A stretch of DNA of 64,000 bases from a virus, in IMG/VR virus record IMGVR_UViG_3300035670_000069, positions 44,557 through 108,556 of that record; one strand, given 5' to 3'. The stretch's first letter is position 1, and every line of letters starts with the position of its first letter. A program made the position numbers and the translations under genes. The notes under the pieces are model-generated. The model made no database searches. It was not told the DNA's origin and saw only the letters and a list, made by a program, of their open reading frames with translations. Below are positions 1 to 10,395 of this stretch, piece after piece.

Positions 1-2
1 CA

Positions 3-485
3 CCTAATCTACCAAGGCTAGTAATCCCAGAGTCCGTAGAAGTAAAAAATGTAAAGCCAGCAACCCCAGATGTAATTTTGTTTGATGATGAGTCTGTTCC
101 AATTGAGGTAATGACTGACCTTATATTTGAAAATATTGGAGGGCAGGAATTAATAAATATCGTAAGATCAGATATAGTAAATGGACAAGATGTAATATAT
201 CAGCCAATCAAGAATTTAAGTAGTGTATATTTTCAGTATAACCCACAAAATATATTAGGTCTTCAGGATATAGATTTTAATTATTTTAAAAAGTTTCCTA
301 TTAATTTTGCAAACAAGGTGCCAGAATGCGGAACTGGGCCAGACTGTTCTATAGTATATATTGACTCAGAAACGGGTAATTTGATAATAAATGTAGTGAA
401 TATGGCAAACGACGAACAGGTAGAGGTTTCAATAATAGCAGACGGGGCAGTGTTAGATGATACAATATACGAGGTGAATTTATGA
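3..485 (+). CDS. Virion structural (tail/baseplate region) protein, 5'-partial
   Basis: Frame stays open upstream of the listed TTG at 78 to the window edge; acidic protein coupled to downstream tail-like genes. Confidence 0.5.
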   Translation, partial: PNLPRLVIPESVEVKNVKPATPDVILFDDESVPIEVMTDLIFENIGGQELINIVRSDIVNGQDVIYQPIKNLSSVYFQYNPQNILGLQDIDFNYFKKFPINFANKVPECGTGPDCSIVYIDSETGNLIINVVNMANDEQVEVSIIADGAVLDDTIYEVNL

Positions 486-1600
486 TAACTAATACAGGCA
501 AAAGCATATTGGCAAAGTACTTAATTGGTCAGGCACCAGCATATGCCTCATATGTTGCCGTAGGCTGTGGAGCAAAACCTTTAGCAACAAATGAAGAATT
601 TGGAGACTATTCTGATAAAGAAACTTTAGATTTTGAAATGTTTCGAGTGCCAATTACATCTAGAGGATATGTAAATGATGCTGGAGTAAATAAAATTGTT
701 TTAACTGCAGAGTTGCCAACAGATGAAAGGTATGAGATTTCTGAAGTAGGTATTTATTCTGCGGGAGCAAACCCATCTGCTGGAGCATACGATAGCCGTT
801 CTCTGTTTGCCTTTACTGTAAATGAAAATTGGGAATATCACACGGAGGATACAGCAGTTGCCCTTCCAATCATATACGAACCATTGGACGGTGTTTTAGA
901 GGATGGAAATATAAACCAAACAGATTTAGTATTTCAAACAAATTCAGACAATAGATTATTTACTAATACAGATAGAATTGCAAGATACGAACGTGCTAGA
1001 TTTTTTAATAACATTGTAATGATGCGAGGAGATACATCAGAACTTAATGTATCTGGTGATCATTTAGAAATAGGAACAAATACAAACCACATTCATCTGC
1101 TTGGAACTGGATTAGACTTTAATAAAAATGCTCCAACAGATCAAATGAAGTTAGCATTTAATATTATAAATAAAGATCCAGACCCCTCAATAGTTCCTGA
1201 CGAAGTAAGAATTTTGTTAGAATTTGCAGAAAGTGATTCTCCAGGAACTGGGGAGTGGGCAAGGTTTGAAGTTATTATGGCAGCAGAAGATTATGATTTT
1301 GCTAATAATAGATATTATGTAATAACAAAAGAACTTCAAGAATTGTATAAAAGCACAGGCTTTACCTGGAACAATGTAAGTATTATAAAAATATACACAA
1401 CAATAATTAATGGCGGTGTGGCCTCAGAGGATTTTTATATTGGGCTAGATGCAATTAGATTTGAAAATGTTTCTACAACAAATCCAGTATATGGATTAAC
1501 TGGATATACAGTATTAAAAAATACAAATGCAGAAACTATTGTTAAGGCAGCAAATACAACAAACTATATAGAGTTTAGATTTGCGATGGATGTGCAATAG
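482..1600 (+). CDS. Tail/baseplate structural protein
   Basis: N-terminus MITNTGKSILAKYL..VAVGCG..EISEVGIYS resembles tail-collar/baseplate N-termini; ATGA overlap with upstream gene. Confidence 0.55.
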   Translation: MITNTGKSILAKYLIGQAPAYASYVAVGCGAKPLATNEEFGDYSDKETLDFEMFRVPITSRGYVNDAGVNKIVLTAELPTDERYEISEVGIYSAGANPSAGAYDSRSLFAFTVNENWEYHTEDTAVALPIIYEPLDGVLEDGNINQTDLVFQTNSDNRLFTNTDRIARYERARFFNNIVMMRGDTSELNVSGDHLEIGTNTNHIHLLGTGLDFNKNAPTDQMKLAFNIINKDPDPSIVPDEVRILLEFAESDSPGTGEWARFEVIMAAEDYDFANNRYYVITKELQELYKSTGFTWNNVSIIKIYTTIINGGVASEDFYIGLDAIRFENVSTTNPVYGLTGYTVLKNTNAETIVKAANTTNYIEFRFAMDVQ

Positions 1601-2040
1601 TGGCAACACCAGATCGTGGAATAAAAAAAATAATTATTCCTAAGTCTAGCCTACCTGGATTTTTTGGGGAAAATAAGCAATATATTTTGAGATATAGATT
1701 TGTGTCAGAAGATAAAAATAGGACCTCACATTGGTCTCCTGTTTATAAGATTATTGCCGAAGATACTCCAACAGAAATTTTAAATAGTATTATTATAGAT
1801 ACTTCTAATAGAGTTGTTAATTTAGCGTGGGAGCCACAAGAAAATTTACAGGAATACTTTATTTATGTACAGTGGAATAGCGGAGATTGGCAATATTATG
1901 CAAAAACATCTCAAACAAATTACTCTATAGTTTATGGAGTAGATAAAGAATACATAAATGTTGCAGTCCAAACAAACACTATCCCGCTTGAAAGATTTTC
2001 AAATGCTACATTATTTGAAAATGAGGGAAGTCTGATATAA
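1600..2040 (+). CDS. Hypothetical structural protein (beta-sandwich-like)
   Basis: 146 aa ORF coupled to upstream gene; YRFVS..SHWS and LAWEP patterns. Confidence 0.45.
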   Translation: MATPDRGIKKIIIPKSSLPGFFGENKQYILRYRFVSEDKNRTSHWSPVYKIIAEDTPTEILNSIIIDTSNRVVNLAWEPQENLQEYFIYVQWNSGDWQYYAKTSQTNYSIVYGVDKEYINVAVQTNTIPLERFSNATLFENEGSLI

Positions 2041-2056
2041 TTAGACAGGAGGAATT

Positions 2057-2500
2057 ATGGCAAAAATACCATTACCAGAACTAGGTCAACCAATAGATGT
2101 TTCTTATATCTATCAAATAGTAAACGCTATTAATGAGGTGTCTGTGCAGGTTTCTCCAGCCATCTATAAGTATGTTACAGTTGACGTCCCTAATGGCGTA
2201 CAACAAAGCGCAAAGGCCTCAGAGACCCGTTTTATAGGCGGGTATGTAGATGTAGTCAAAAGTTCGAACCAAAGCGTAGGAAGCCAACAAGCATTTACCT
2301 ATAATTTTCCAGCAGATTTTAAGTTTGTTCCAATAGTAACTGCAACCCCAGTTAATATCGGCGGAACAGAGGCTGGTAAAAATGTTTCAGTTGTATTGAA
2401 ATCAGTAACGACATCAAAGGTAGATGGAGTGGTAAACTTTAATTCTGGCGGAGATGTTTCAATCGGCGTTAATATAATTATCGTCGGCATACCTAATTAA
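2057..2500 (+). CDS. Tail-fibre-associated protein (H-type-lectin-like C-terminus)
   Basis: AGGAGG RBS; FPADFKFVPIVTATP..VNIIIVG pattern typical of fibre tip domains. Confidence 0.5.
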   Translation: MAKIPLPELGQPIDVSYIYQIVNAINEVSVQVSPAIYKYVTVDVPNGVQQSAKASETRFIGGYVDVVKSSNQSVGSQQAFTYNFPADFKFVPIVTATPVNIGGTEAGKNVSVVLKSVTTSKVDGVVNFNSGGDVSIGVNIIIVGIPN

Positions 2501-2691
2501 TGATCAAGTGCAAAAAATGCAAAAGAAATATGATGGTAGACAGGGTTTATACATCGATATCTCATTTAGAAATTTATTGTTTGACTTGTGGCTCAAGGAG
2601 GTTTTTTCATCCACCCTCAGATTCGGAGGAAGGTAGATGGCTACTCGTAAAGGAAATAAAACGATCGAAGAGTACAACAGCGCCCCTGTAA
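2500..2691 (+). CDS. Small zinc-ribbon protein
   Basis: CKKC...CLTC. Confidence 0.6.
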   Translation: MIKCKKCKRNMMVDRVYTSISHLEIYCLTCGSRRFFHPPSDSEEGRWLLVKEIKRSKSTTAPL

Positions 2692-3179
2692 TTCCTGGTA
2701 ATAAAAAAGTTTGGTTTTTGAACGGGGACTTAGTAAGAGTTCATCATTTAAATAAATCTAATGGAATTATGTCTGTATATAATATTACAAAAGATCAGAT
2801 TGAAAGTTGTTTAATAAACGATTTTAAAAATAAAAGAGAAAGAGCATACACTGTTGGAGAAACAGCAGACCTTGTTAACAGACATAAAAAATATATGCCA
2901 TCATTAATGAAACGTGGAATTATACCATTTCCAACGGGATCACAAAAGGGCGGAGCAAGAGGTTGGCAAGTTAGATCTTATTATTCTGAGTCGCAAGTAA
3001 AAGACATACGTGATATACTGGCAACGTACCATATTGGTAGGCCACGCAAAGATAAGTTAATAACAAATGATATAACGCCTACAAAGGCTGAGTTGACACG
3101 AAGAATGGGCGATGGTATACTTACATATACGAGAACTGAAGATGGTAGATTTATACCGATTTGGTCAGAATCAATTTAG
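2637..3179 (+). CDS. MerR-like helix-turn-helix DNA-binding protein
   Basis: YTVGETADLVNRH...GII...RSYYSESQV winged-HTH pattern; GGAGG RBS. Confidence 0.6.
   Translation: MATRKGNKTIEEYNSAPVIPGNKKVWFLNGDLVRVHHLNKSNGIMSVYNITKDQIESCLINDFKNKRERAYTVGETADLVNRHKKYMPSLMKRGIIPFPTGSQKGGARGWQVRSYYSESQVKDIRDILATYHIGRPRKDKLITNDITPTKAELTRRMGDGILTYTRTEDGRFIPIWSESI
3093..3121 (+). promoter_or_regulatory. Sigma-A/70-type promoter inside the HTH gene
   Basis: TTGACA-N17-TATACT. Confidence 0.6.
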
Positions 3180-3193
3180 CAGAAGGGTATGAA

Positions 3194-3400
3194 ATGGAAG
3201 ATACAAAAGTATCTGTAACACTTGGATATACACTTAATCTTGGAAACTTTCAATCGCTTAGATTAGATCTAGGCGTAACAGATTCAAAGCGTGATGGAGA
3301 AAATACAGATCAGGCCTTTGAACGTGTATACAAGTTTGTTGAAGAAAAACTAACTAACAAAATCACAGAAGCCAAAGCGGAACTAGAAGAAAGCGAATAG
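3194..3400 (+). CDS. Hypothetical phage protein
   Basis: VSVTLGYTLNLGNFQSLRLD motif; start moved to MEDTK. Confidence 0.65.
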   Translation: MEDTKVSVTLGYTLNLGNFQSLRLDLGVTDSKRDGENTDQAFERVYKFVEEKLTNKITEAKAELEESE

Positions 3401-3401
3401 T

Positions 3402-3710
3402 GTGACCGATAAACAGAAGCGATTGGCTCTGTTAAGTAGGTTTGATAAACACTATAAGTTTAAATTCGGACAGGCGCCAAAGTATAACAAGTGGGTAGAA
3501 CAGTGGTCTGCTGATGCTTTAATAGAATCATATGGTCTCGATGGTTGTTATGAATTGTTAGAATATTATTTTGAAGTTACGGAAAATCCAACCTGGAATC
3601 ATTTCTCATATATAGCACATGATATACTGGAAGCAATACAGGCACAAAGCAAAGATTTAAAAGAAAGACTAGAGCGTAGACAGAAGGCAAAGGAATGGCT
3701 AAGTGAATAA
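3402..3710 (+). CDS. Hypothetical protein upstream of helicase (possible loader)
   Basis: 102 aa ORF overlapping the helicase start; function from position only. Confidence 0.5.
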   Translation: MTDKQKRLALLSRFDKHYKFKFGQAPKYNKWVEQWSADALIESYGLDGCYELLEYYFEVTENPTWNHFSYIAHDILEAIQAQSKDLKERLERRQKAKEWLSE

Positions 3711-4929
3711 TACAGAGTCTAAGTTAATATCAGCCGTCCTTAAAGATAAGCAAGCACATGTAATGCTTCAGGCCAACGTCGATGGAATATTAAAAACTCA
3801 CTTAGATGTATGGCAGTTTATTAGAAAATACTATGAGACTAATGGGACAGTTCCGCCAACAGATCTGGTGGTTGAAAAGTTTAGGGACTTTGAGCCAGCA
3901 GATGGTGTAGGTGCCACCAAACATCATCTTGAAGAGTTACAGTCTGAATATTTAGTAAATAGTTTAAAAGATATCATTCGTGCTGCAGCAACAGATGTTC
4001 AGGGTGGTTTGGGAGTAGAGGCGCTAGAGACATTAATTACTAAAACTGCAGAATTAAGAAAAAATACTGCAGCAATTAGGGACATTGATGTAACAGATTT
4101 AGACTCTGCAATCGGGTATTTTGAAAATCTAAAAAAACAACAAGAGGCTGGTGCACTTGGAATTAAAACTGGCTTGCCAGGATTTGACAACTATTTACCA
4201 TCTGGAATCATGCCAGGACAGTTAGGAGTTTTTCTTGCATATCCAGGCATAGGAAAGTCATGGCTGTCTCTCTATTTCGCCGTACAGGCTTGGAAACAGG
4301 GTCGTAGCCCAATGATCATAAGCCTTGAGATGTCTGAGGTTGAAGTTAGAAATCGTGTCTTTGCTATTATGGGCGAAGGAGTTTGGTCACATAGAAAATT
4401 AAGTGCTGGACAGATTGAACTAGATATGCTTAAGTCGTGGCACGAAAAACATGTTAAGGGTAAGCCAGAGTTTCATATTATATCTAATGATACAGGTGGA
4501 GACATTACTCCTTTAGTTTTAAGGGGAAAGATAGATCAATATAAACCAGATTTTGTTATTGTAGATTACCTACAACTTATGTCTCCAAACCAAAAGTCTG
4601 ATAATGAAACGATTAGAATGAAAAATTTATCTCGTGAACTAAAGTTAATGGCAATTTCAGAAGAAGTTCCTATTATTGCTATTTCTTCTGCTACTCCTGA
4701 TGATGTAACTAAACTTGAAACCGTTCCAACTCTTGGTCAAACTGCATGGTCAAGACAGATTGCCTACGATGCTGACTGGGTATTAGCATTAGGTCGTGGC
4801 ACAAATAGTGATATTATAGAGTGTGTTTTTAGAAAGAATCGTAATGGTTTTATGGGAGAATTCTTAGTCCAGGCCGATTTTGATAAGGGATATTACAGAT
4901 ATAAAGATTATGAAGATAAGTCAGTATAA
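3703..4929 (+). CDS. dnaB: Replicative DNA helicase, DnaB family
   Basis: Walker A AYPGIGKS, SLEMS, VIVDYLQLM, DAD and KNRNG motifs. Confidence 0.95.
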   Translation: MNNTESKLISAVLKDKQAHVMLQANVDGILKTHLDVWQFIRKYYETNGTVPPTDLVVEKFRDFEPADGVGATKHHLEELQSEYLVNSLKDIIRAAATDVQGGLGVEALETLITKTAELRKNTAAIRDIDVTDLDSAIGYFENLKKQQEAGALGIKTGLPGFDNYLPSGIMPGQLGVFLAYPGIGKSWLSLYFAVQAWKQGRSPMIISLEMSEVEVRNRVFAIMGEGVWSHRKLSAGQIELDMLKSWHEKHVKGKPEFHIISNDTGGDITPLVLRGKIDQYKPDFVIVDYLQLMSPNQKSDNETIRMKNLSRELKLMAISEEVPIIAISSATPDDVTKLETVPTLGQTAWSRQIAYDADWVLALGRGTNSDIIECVFRKNRNGFMGEFLVQADFDKGYYRYKDYEDKSV

Positions 4930-4937
4930 TATGTTCC

Positions 4938-5264
4938 ATGGAAATGTATCAGCACAAGCCTATAAAAAGGTTTGGTTTGGATGGGGTAATTTATGATGAC
5001 TCATCCATATATAGATTACAGCAAGAATATATTAGGCTTGTTGTTATGGAAATGCGTCTATCTGGATATGTTCCAAGACTTGACATTGATCCACAATTTA
5101 CGATAGAATATAATGAGAATAAAAACACATATAACTTTACATTAAGCATATATGGAATATATACAGGGAGAAAAAAGAGCGAATGTATAATAGGGATAGA
5201 CGGAACGAGACCAATATATACACAGCCAATCAAATTAAAAGAGTACTCGCAGGATCTGGCATAA
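4938..5264 (+). CDS. Hypothetical protein
   Basis: 108 aa ORF; TATAAT 7 nt upstream suggests a leaderless start. Confidence 0.6.
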   Translation: MEMYQHKPIKRFGLDGVIYDDSSIYRLQQEYIRLVVMEMRLSGYVPRLDIDPQFTIEYNENKNTYNFTLSIYGIYTGRKKSECIIGIDGTRPIYTQPIKLKEYSQDLA

Positions 5265-6127
5265 CTGTTGAAAAAGAAACAGAGTCAGAGTATATAGTAT
5301 TTTGTCCCTTTCATTCAAATCACAGAACCCCTGCTGGAGAAATAAATAAGTTTTCTGGATTATTTTTTTGTTTTTCATGTAGCAAAACTGCAGACCTAAT
5401 TGAACTTGTCATGCATTTTTCTAATAGAACATATTTTGAATCTATAAGATTTATTAAGAGTAAAGAGGTAGAGATAGATATAATTGCTGACATTTCTTCA
5501 AAGTTAAAAGATAAAGAAGAGTGGTCTGAATTTGATAGTAATACAATTAATAGGCTATGCGATCAGGCAATACACAGTGCTAGGGCAGTTGATTATTTTA
5601 AGATTAGAAAAATCTCTTTAGACTCAATCAAAAACTTTAAACTTGGTTATTCAGAAACACAAGATATGGTAACTGTGCCAGTTCATAATCATGAGGGGGT
5701 ATGTGTTGGATTTGTTGCAAGATCTATTGAGGGAAAAGATTTTAAGAATACTCCAGGTTTGCCAAAATCTAAAATATTATTTAATTTAAATCGTGTAAAA
5801 AATGCCAGCAGGGTCTATGTTGTAGAATCCTCTTTTGATGCTATTAGGCTTGACCAAGTTGGTATGCCAGCAGTAGCAACTCTTGGCGCTAATATATCGT
5901 TAAAGCAAACTGATTTGCTTAAAAGGTACTTTAGTGATATAATAATTATTGCTGATAATGATGAGGCTGGGGGTAACATGAAAGACAAAATAATCGAAAG
6001 ATTAGGCTCAAGTGTTACTGTTGTAAATATAGACAAGCAGTACAAAGATATTGGCGATATGGAAGATAAGTCAATAAAAGAACTGGATTTACAGTTTGAC
6101 AAATCAATAGTTTCCATGCTAAACTAG
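5183..6127 (+). CDS. dnaG: DNA primase (zinc finger + TOPRIM)
   Basis: CPFH...CFSC zinc-binding domain; VVESSFDA and DNDEAG TOPRIM motifs. Confidence 0.92.
   Translation: MYNRDRRNETNIYTANQIKRVLAGSGITVEKETESEYIVFCPFHSNHRTPAGEINKFSGLFFCFSCSKTADLIELVMHFSNRTYFESIRFIKSKEVEIDIIADISSKLKDKEEWSEFDSNTINRLCDQAIHSARAVDYFKIRKISLDSIKNFKLGYSETQDMVTVPVHNHEGVCVGFVARSIEGKDFKNTPGLPKSKILFNLNRVKNASRVYVVESSFDAIRLDQVGMPAVATLGANISLKQTDLLKRYFSDIIIIADNDEAGGNMKDKIIERLGSSVTVVNIDKQYKDIGDMEDKSIKELDLQFDKSIVSMLN
6096..6125 (+). promoter_or_regulatory. Promoter for SSB/polymerase genes, in the primase 3' end
   Basis: TTGACA-N18-TAAACT with extended TG. Confidence 0.6.
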
Positions 6128-6146
6128 AAAAAACAAAGGAGAAAAA

Positions 6147-6806
6147 ATGAGCGTTATTAAAGGACTAAAGAATATCAATGCCTTGCTCGATAAGAAAAAT
6201 GATGAAGGCGCACCAAAGGTAAAGTGGCTAAAGTTGGCAGATGGTCAGTCTGTAAAGATTAGATTCATCGAAGAATTAGACGAAGACTCTGCACACTACA
6301 ATGCAGATCGTGGACTTGCTCTTGTTGTTAAAGAGCATACAAATCCAAAAGATTATAAGCGTAAGGCTGTAGATACAATGGATGCTGAGGGTCGTGACTG
6401 GGCAGAGGAAATGTACCGAAAAGATCCAAAGGGAAATAGCGGATGGCGTGGCCGTCTTCGTTTCTATTGCAACGTTTTGGTTGATGACGGAATTGAGTCA
6501 CCATATGTGGCAATTTGGTCAATGGGTGTAAGTAAGCAATCAGCATTTAATACTATTCGTGAATATGCACTTGAGACTGGAAGCATTTCTAATCTTCAGT
6601 GGAAGTTAAAGCGAAACGGTCAGGGAACAGAAACATCATATACCCTTATCCCATCTGCTCCAGACAAGGAGCCTTTTACATGGGAAGGTATTGAACCATA
6701 TCCACTAGAGAAGGCATTACGTCGTGTGCCTTATGCAGAACAAGAAGCGTTCTATCTAGGATTTGATTCTCCATCTACTACATCAGCGACTAACATCGAC
6801 TGGTAG
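6147..6806 (+). CDS. Phage single-stranded DNA-binding protein
   Basis: Between primase and polymerase; LKLADGQSVKIRF and KRNGQGTETSYTLIP motifs; C-terminal IDW. Confidence 0.65.
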   Translation: MSVIKGLKNINALLDKKNDEGAPKVKWLKLADGQSVKIRFIEELDEDSAHYNADRGLALVVKEHTNPKDYKRKAVDTMDAEGRDWAEEMYRKDPKGNSGWRGRLRFYCNVLVDDGIESPYVAIWSMGVSKQSAFNTIREYALETGSISNLQWKLKRNGQGTETSYTLIPSAPDKEPFTWEGIEPYPLEKALRRVPYAEQEAFYLGFDSPSTTSATNIDW

Positions 6807-6809
6807 TAG

Positions 6810-9800
6810 ATGAACTACGTCCCATTACATTTACATACTCACTTTTCATTATTCGATGGTATTGGGTTGCCATCTGAATATGTTGAACGTGCTACAAAGT
6901 TGGGCATGCCTGCAATAGCGATTACTGATCATGGCTCACTTTCTGGTCATAGAGAAATGTATCGTGTTGCTAAATCTAATGGGATAAAGCCTATTCTTGG
7001 CATAGAAGGGTACATGTGCGAAGATAGATTTGATCAGCGAGATAAAGCAGATCGAACTACTCCACTTGATATGGTTTATAATCATATTATCCTTCTTGCC
7101 AAGAATAAACAGGGATTAGAAAATCTTAATAAATTAAATGAAATAGCATGGACAGAAGGCTATTATAAAAAACCAAGAATAGATTTTGAGATTCTCTCAA
7201 AGTATAAAGAAGGAATTATTGTTTCATCTGCTTGCCCAAGTGGAATTATTGCCAAGTCAATCGAACTTGGCGAACTTGGCATGGCAAAAAAATATATTAA
7301 ATGGTTTAAAGAAGAGTTTGGCGATGACTATTACCTTGAGGTAATGCCACACAATAATGAATCAATAAATAGTACCATATTACAACTAGCAGACGAGTTT
7401 AAGATTAAGCCTATAGTTACTCCAGACTGCCACCATGTTGATTCATCACAAAAAGAAATACAAGAATTAAAATTAATTCTAAATACTTATTCTAATAAGA
7501 TTCAAAAAGATGCTACATATGAGAAGTCGAAAAAGCAAGGGGATCTAATGAAACGCCTTGACTATCTATATGGTGCAGATAGGCAAATGTCATTTAATAA
7601 GTTTGATATTCATTTGTTGTCATATGAAGAAATCCAGGCTGCTATGGAAAAACAAGCAATTTTCAGAACAGATATTTACGAAAACACAATTGACCTTGCC
7701 AACAAGATTGAAGACTATGATATTAAAGATAATCTAAATCTATTACCTGTTCAATACAAAAATCCAGACAAGCAATTGTCAGATCTTGCTTATCAAGGAT
7801 TAAAAGATAAAGGCCTTGCAGATAATAAAGAATATATAGATAGGCTTGAAGAAGAACTAAAGGTTATCAAAGATAAAAAATTTGGTCCATACTTTCTTGT
7901 TGTTCAAAGTATGATATCTTGGGCTAAAAAAGAGGGGATTATGGTAGGCCCAGGCCGTGGATCGTCTGCTGGATCCTTGCTCTGCTACACCCTTGGAATT
8001 ACAGATATTGATCCAATAGAGAACGGTCTTTTGTTTTTTCGATTTATTAACCCAGAGCGTAATGACTTTCCTGATATTGATACAGACATTCAAGATACAC
8101 GTCGTGATGAAGTAAAAGACTACTTAATAAGACAGTACAAGCATGTTGCTTCTATTGCAACATTTTTAGAATTTAAAGATAAAGGCGTAGTGCGAGATGT
8201 TGCTCGTGCTTTAAATATTCCATTGGCAGATGTTAACAAGGTTCTTAAGTTGGTTGACACTTGGGATGAATACTGCACTTCAAAAACAACTGCATGGTTT
8301 AGAGAGAAATATCCAGAGGTAGAACAATATGGAGAACAATTACGTGGTCGTATTAGAGGTACTGGCATACACGCTGCTGGTGTTGTCACTAGTAAAAATC
8401 CTATTTTTAGGTACGCACCGTTGGAGACACGCTCTTCTCCTGGTTCCGATGACCGCATACCTGTTGTGGCGGTGGACATGGAAGAGGCTGAAAAAATCGG
8501 GCTTATCAAGATAGATGCCCTTGGTCTTAAGACTCTTAGTGTTATTAATGATACATTAAAAATTATTAAAGAAAGAGAGGGCACATCTATAGACTTGCTT
8601 AATATAGATATGTCTGATCAAAAGGTTTATCAAATGCTTTCAGAAGGATATACAAAGGGAGTCTTTCAGTGTGAAGCAACACCATATACCAACCTTTTGG
8701 TAAAGATGGGCGTAAAGAGTTTAGCAGAACTTTCAGCATCAAATGCGCTTGTTCGTCCAGGAGCAATGAATACTATTGGGAAAGACTATATTGATCGTAA
8801 GCACGGCAGACAGGCGGTAAATTACCTTCATCAGACCATGAAGCCTTTCACAGAAGAAACATATGGGTGTATCCTATACCAAGAGCAGGTTATGCAGGCT
8901 TGCGTCGAGTTGGGAGGGATGTCTTGGTCTGAAGCCGATAAGGTTCGTAAGATTATTGGTAAAAAGAAAGATGCGAGAGAATTTGATGCGTTCCAGGAAC
9001 AGTTTGTTAAAGGTGCTTCTAGGTTTATTAGTCCTAACCAGGCTCGTGATTTATGGCATGACTTTGAAGCGCATGCGGGATATTCGTTCAACAAGAGTCA
9101 TGCGGTTGCTTATTCTACGCTCTCGTATTGGACGGCATGGCTAAAATACTATTATCCAATTGAGTTTATGTATTCACTATTAAAAAATGAAAAGGACAAA
9201 GATGCACGAACTGAATATCTTATTGAAGCGAAAAGAATGGGGATTAGCATTAAACTACCTCATGTTAATGATTCGGATATTGATTTTAAGATTGAGGGTA
9301 AAGGTATTCGGTTTGGACTCTCAGGGATCAAGTTTATCTCTGATAAGATTGCAGAACGATATATATCAGCACGACCTTTTAAGTCTTTTGAGGAACTTAG
9401 AGAGTTTACATTCACAAAAGGTAATGGAGTAAACAGCAGAGCCTTAGAAGCATTGAGACTTATAGGTGCTGCAACATTTCCAGATAATCCAAGAAATGAT
9501 AATGAAATTAGAGATAATCTATATGAGTATCTAGGATTACCTGAATTTACTCAAACTGTTCCATCACACTATCATGCATTTATTAATCCAGTAGAAGATT
9601 TCGAAGAAAAAGGTTCGTTTATTCTTATGGGTATGGTTAAGGGAATTAAACGAGGCAAGGGTTGGTCTCGTGTAGAGATATTAGATAAGACTGGAAGCAT
9701 AGGAGTATTTGATGAAGAGCAAACAACAATTGAGGCTGGACGAAGTTATATTGCACTCTGTTCTGATAATAGAATTGTTAGTGCTGTTCCTGTAGATGAA

Positions 9801-10085
9801 ATAAAAGGATCAGACTCTGCCTTAATTAAATTCTTAAATTATAGAATGTTGCCATACAAAGACGATGAACTTTTTGTGGTATCATTTAAGCCTAGAATAA
9901 CTAAAGCAGGAAAGAAGATGGCTTCATTAACATTAGCAGATACATCAAGAGAACTTCATCCTGTAACTGTATTTCCTACAGCATTTGCTAAAGCATATAT
10001 GAAAATTGAAGAGGGTAATGCATATAAATTTGAATTAGGAAAAACAAAAGACGGAACTGTTATATTGGAGGATATAAATGTTTGA
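6810..10085 (+). CDS. dnaE: DNA polymerase III alpha subunit (family C)
   Basis: PHP motifs HLHTHFS and TDHG; GPGRGSSAGS; PDIDTD; YSFNKSHA. Confidence 0.97.
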   Translation: MNYVPLHLHTHFSLFDGIGLPSEYVERATKLGMPAIAITDHGSLSGHREMYRVAKSNGIKPILGIEGYMCEDRFDQRDKADRTTPLDMVYNHIILLAKNKQGLENLNKLNEIAWTEGYYKKPRIDFEILSKYKEGIIVSSACPSGIIAKSIELGELGMAKKYIKWFKEEFGDDYYLEVMPHNNESINSTILQLADEFKIKPIVTPDCHHVDSSQKEIQELKLILNTYSNKIQKDATYEKSKKQGDLMKRLDYLYGADRQMSFNKFDIHLLSYEEIQAAMEKQAIFRTDIYENTIDLANKIEDYDIKDNLNLLPVQYKNPDKQLSDLAYQGLKDKGLADNKEYIDRLEEELKVIKDKKFGPYFLVVQSMISWAKKEGIMVGPGRGSSAGSLLCYTLGITDIDPIENGLLFFRFINPERNDFPDIDTDIQDTRRDEVKDYLIRQYKHVASIATFLEFKDKGVVRDVARALNIPLADVNKVLKLVDTWDEYCTSKTTAWFREKYPEVEQYGEQLRGRIRGTGIHAAGVVTSKNPIFRYAPLETRSSPGSDDRIPVVAVDMEEAEKIGLIKIDALGLKTLSVINDTLKIIKEREGTSIDLLNIDMSDQKVYQMLSEGYTKGVFQCEATPYTNLLVKMGVKSLAELSASNALVRPGAMNTIGKDYIDRKHGRQAVNYLHQTMKPFTEETYGCILYQEQVMQACVELGGMSWSEADKVRKIIGKKKDAREFDAFQEQFVKGASRFISPNQARDLWHDFEAHAGYSFNKSHAVAYSTLSYWTAWLKYYYPIEFMYSLLKNEKDKDARTEYLIEAKRMGISIKLPHVNDSDIDFKIEGKGIRFGLSGIKFISDKIAERYISARPFKSFEELREFTFTKGNGVNSRALEALRLIGAATFPDNPRNDNEIRDNLYEYLGLPEFTQTVPSHYHAFINPVEDFEEKGSFILMGMVKGIKRGKGWSRVEILDKTGSIGVFDEEQTTIEAGRSYIALCSDNRIVSAVPVDEIKGSDSALIKFLNYRMLPYKDDELFVVSFKPRITKAGKKMASLTLADTSRELHPVTVFPTAFAKAYMKIEEGNAYKFELGKTKDGTVILEDINV

Positions 10086-10395
10086 TGAGTTGGCAGAAGA
10101 AATACATAAAAACGCTATAGATAAAGGATTTTGGGATAGAACTGTAGATCCAATTTTTATAGCAAAACAGATGATGATGATTGTTTCTGAGGTATCAGAG
10201 GCAATGGAAGCGCTTCGTAAGGAGATGGATCCAGAGCAAATATCAGATGAGTTTGCAGATATTCTTATCCGTACCTTAGATTTATACGCAGGCATAGCAG
10301 AAGCAGGGTATGTAACAAAATCATTAGACTATGCAGTAAAAGAAAAGATGGAGAAGAACTCTAAAAGACCAATGAGGCATGGGGTGAGATTCTAA
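10078..10395 (+). CDS. MazG-like nucleotide pyrophosphohydrolase
   Basis: SEVSEAMEA...DEFADILIR. Confidence 0.85.
   Translation: MFDELAEEIHKNAIDKGFWDRTVDPIFIAKQMMMIVSEVSEAMEALRKEMDPEQISDEFADILIRTLDLYAGIAEAGYVTKSLDYAVKEKMEKNSKRPMRHGVRF

Noticed and set aside
7857-9432. Alternative-frame and antisense ORFs within dnaE (likewise within terL, 20130 and others)
   Set aside because: Shadows of well-supported genes; no RBS or motifs
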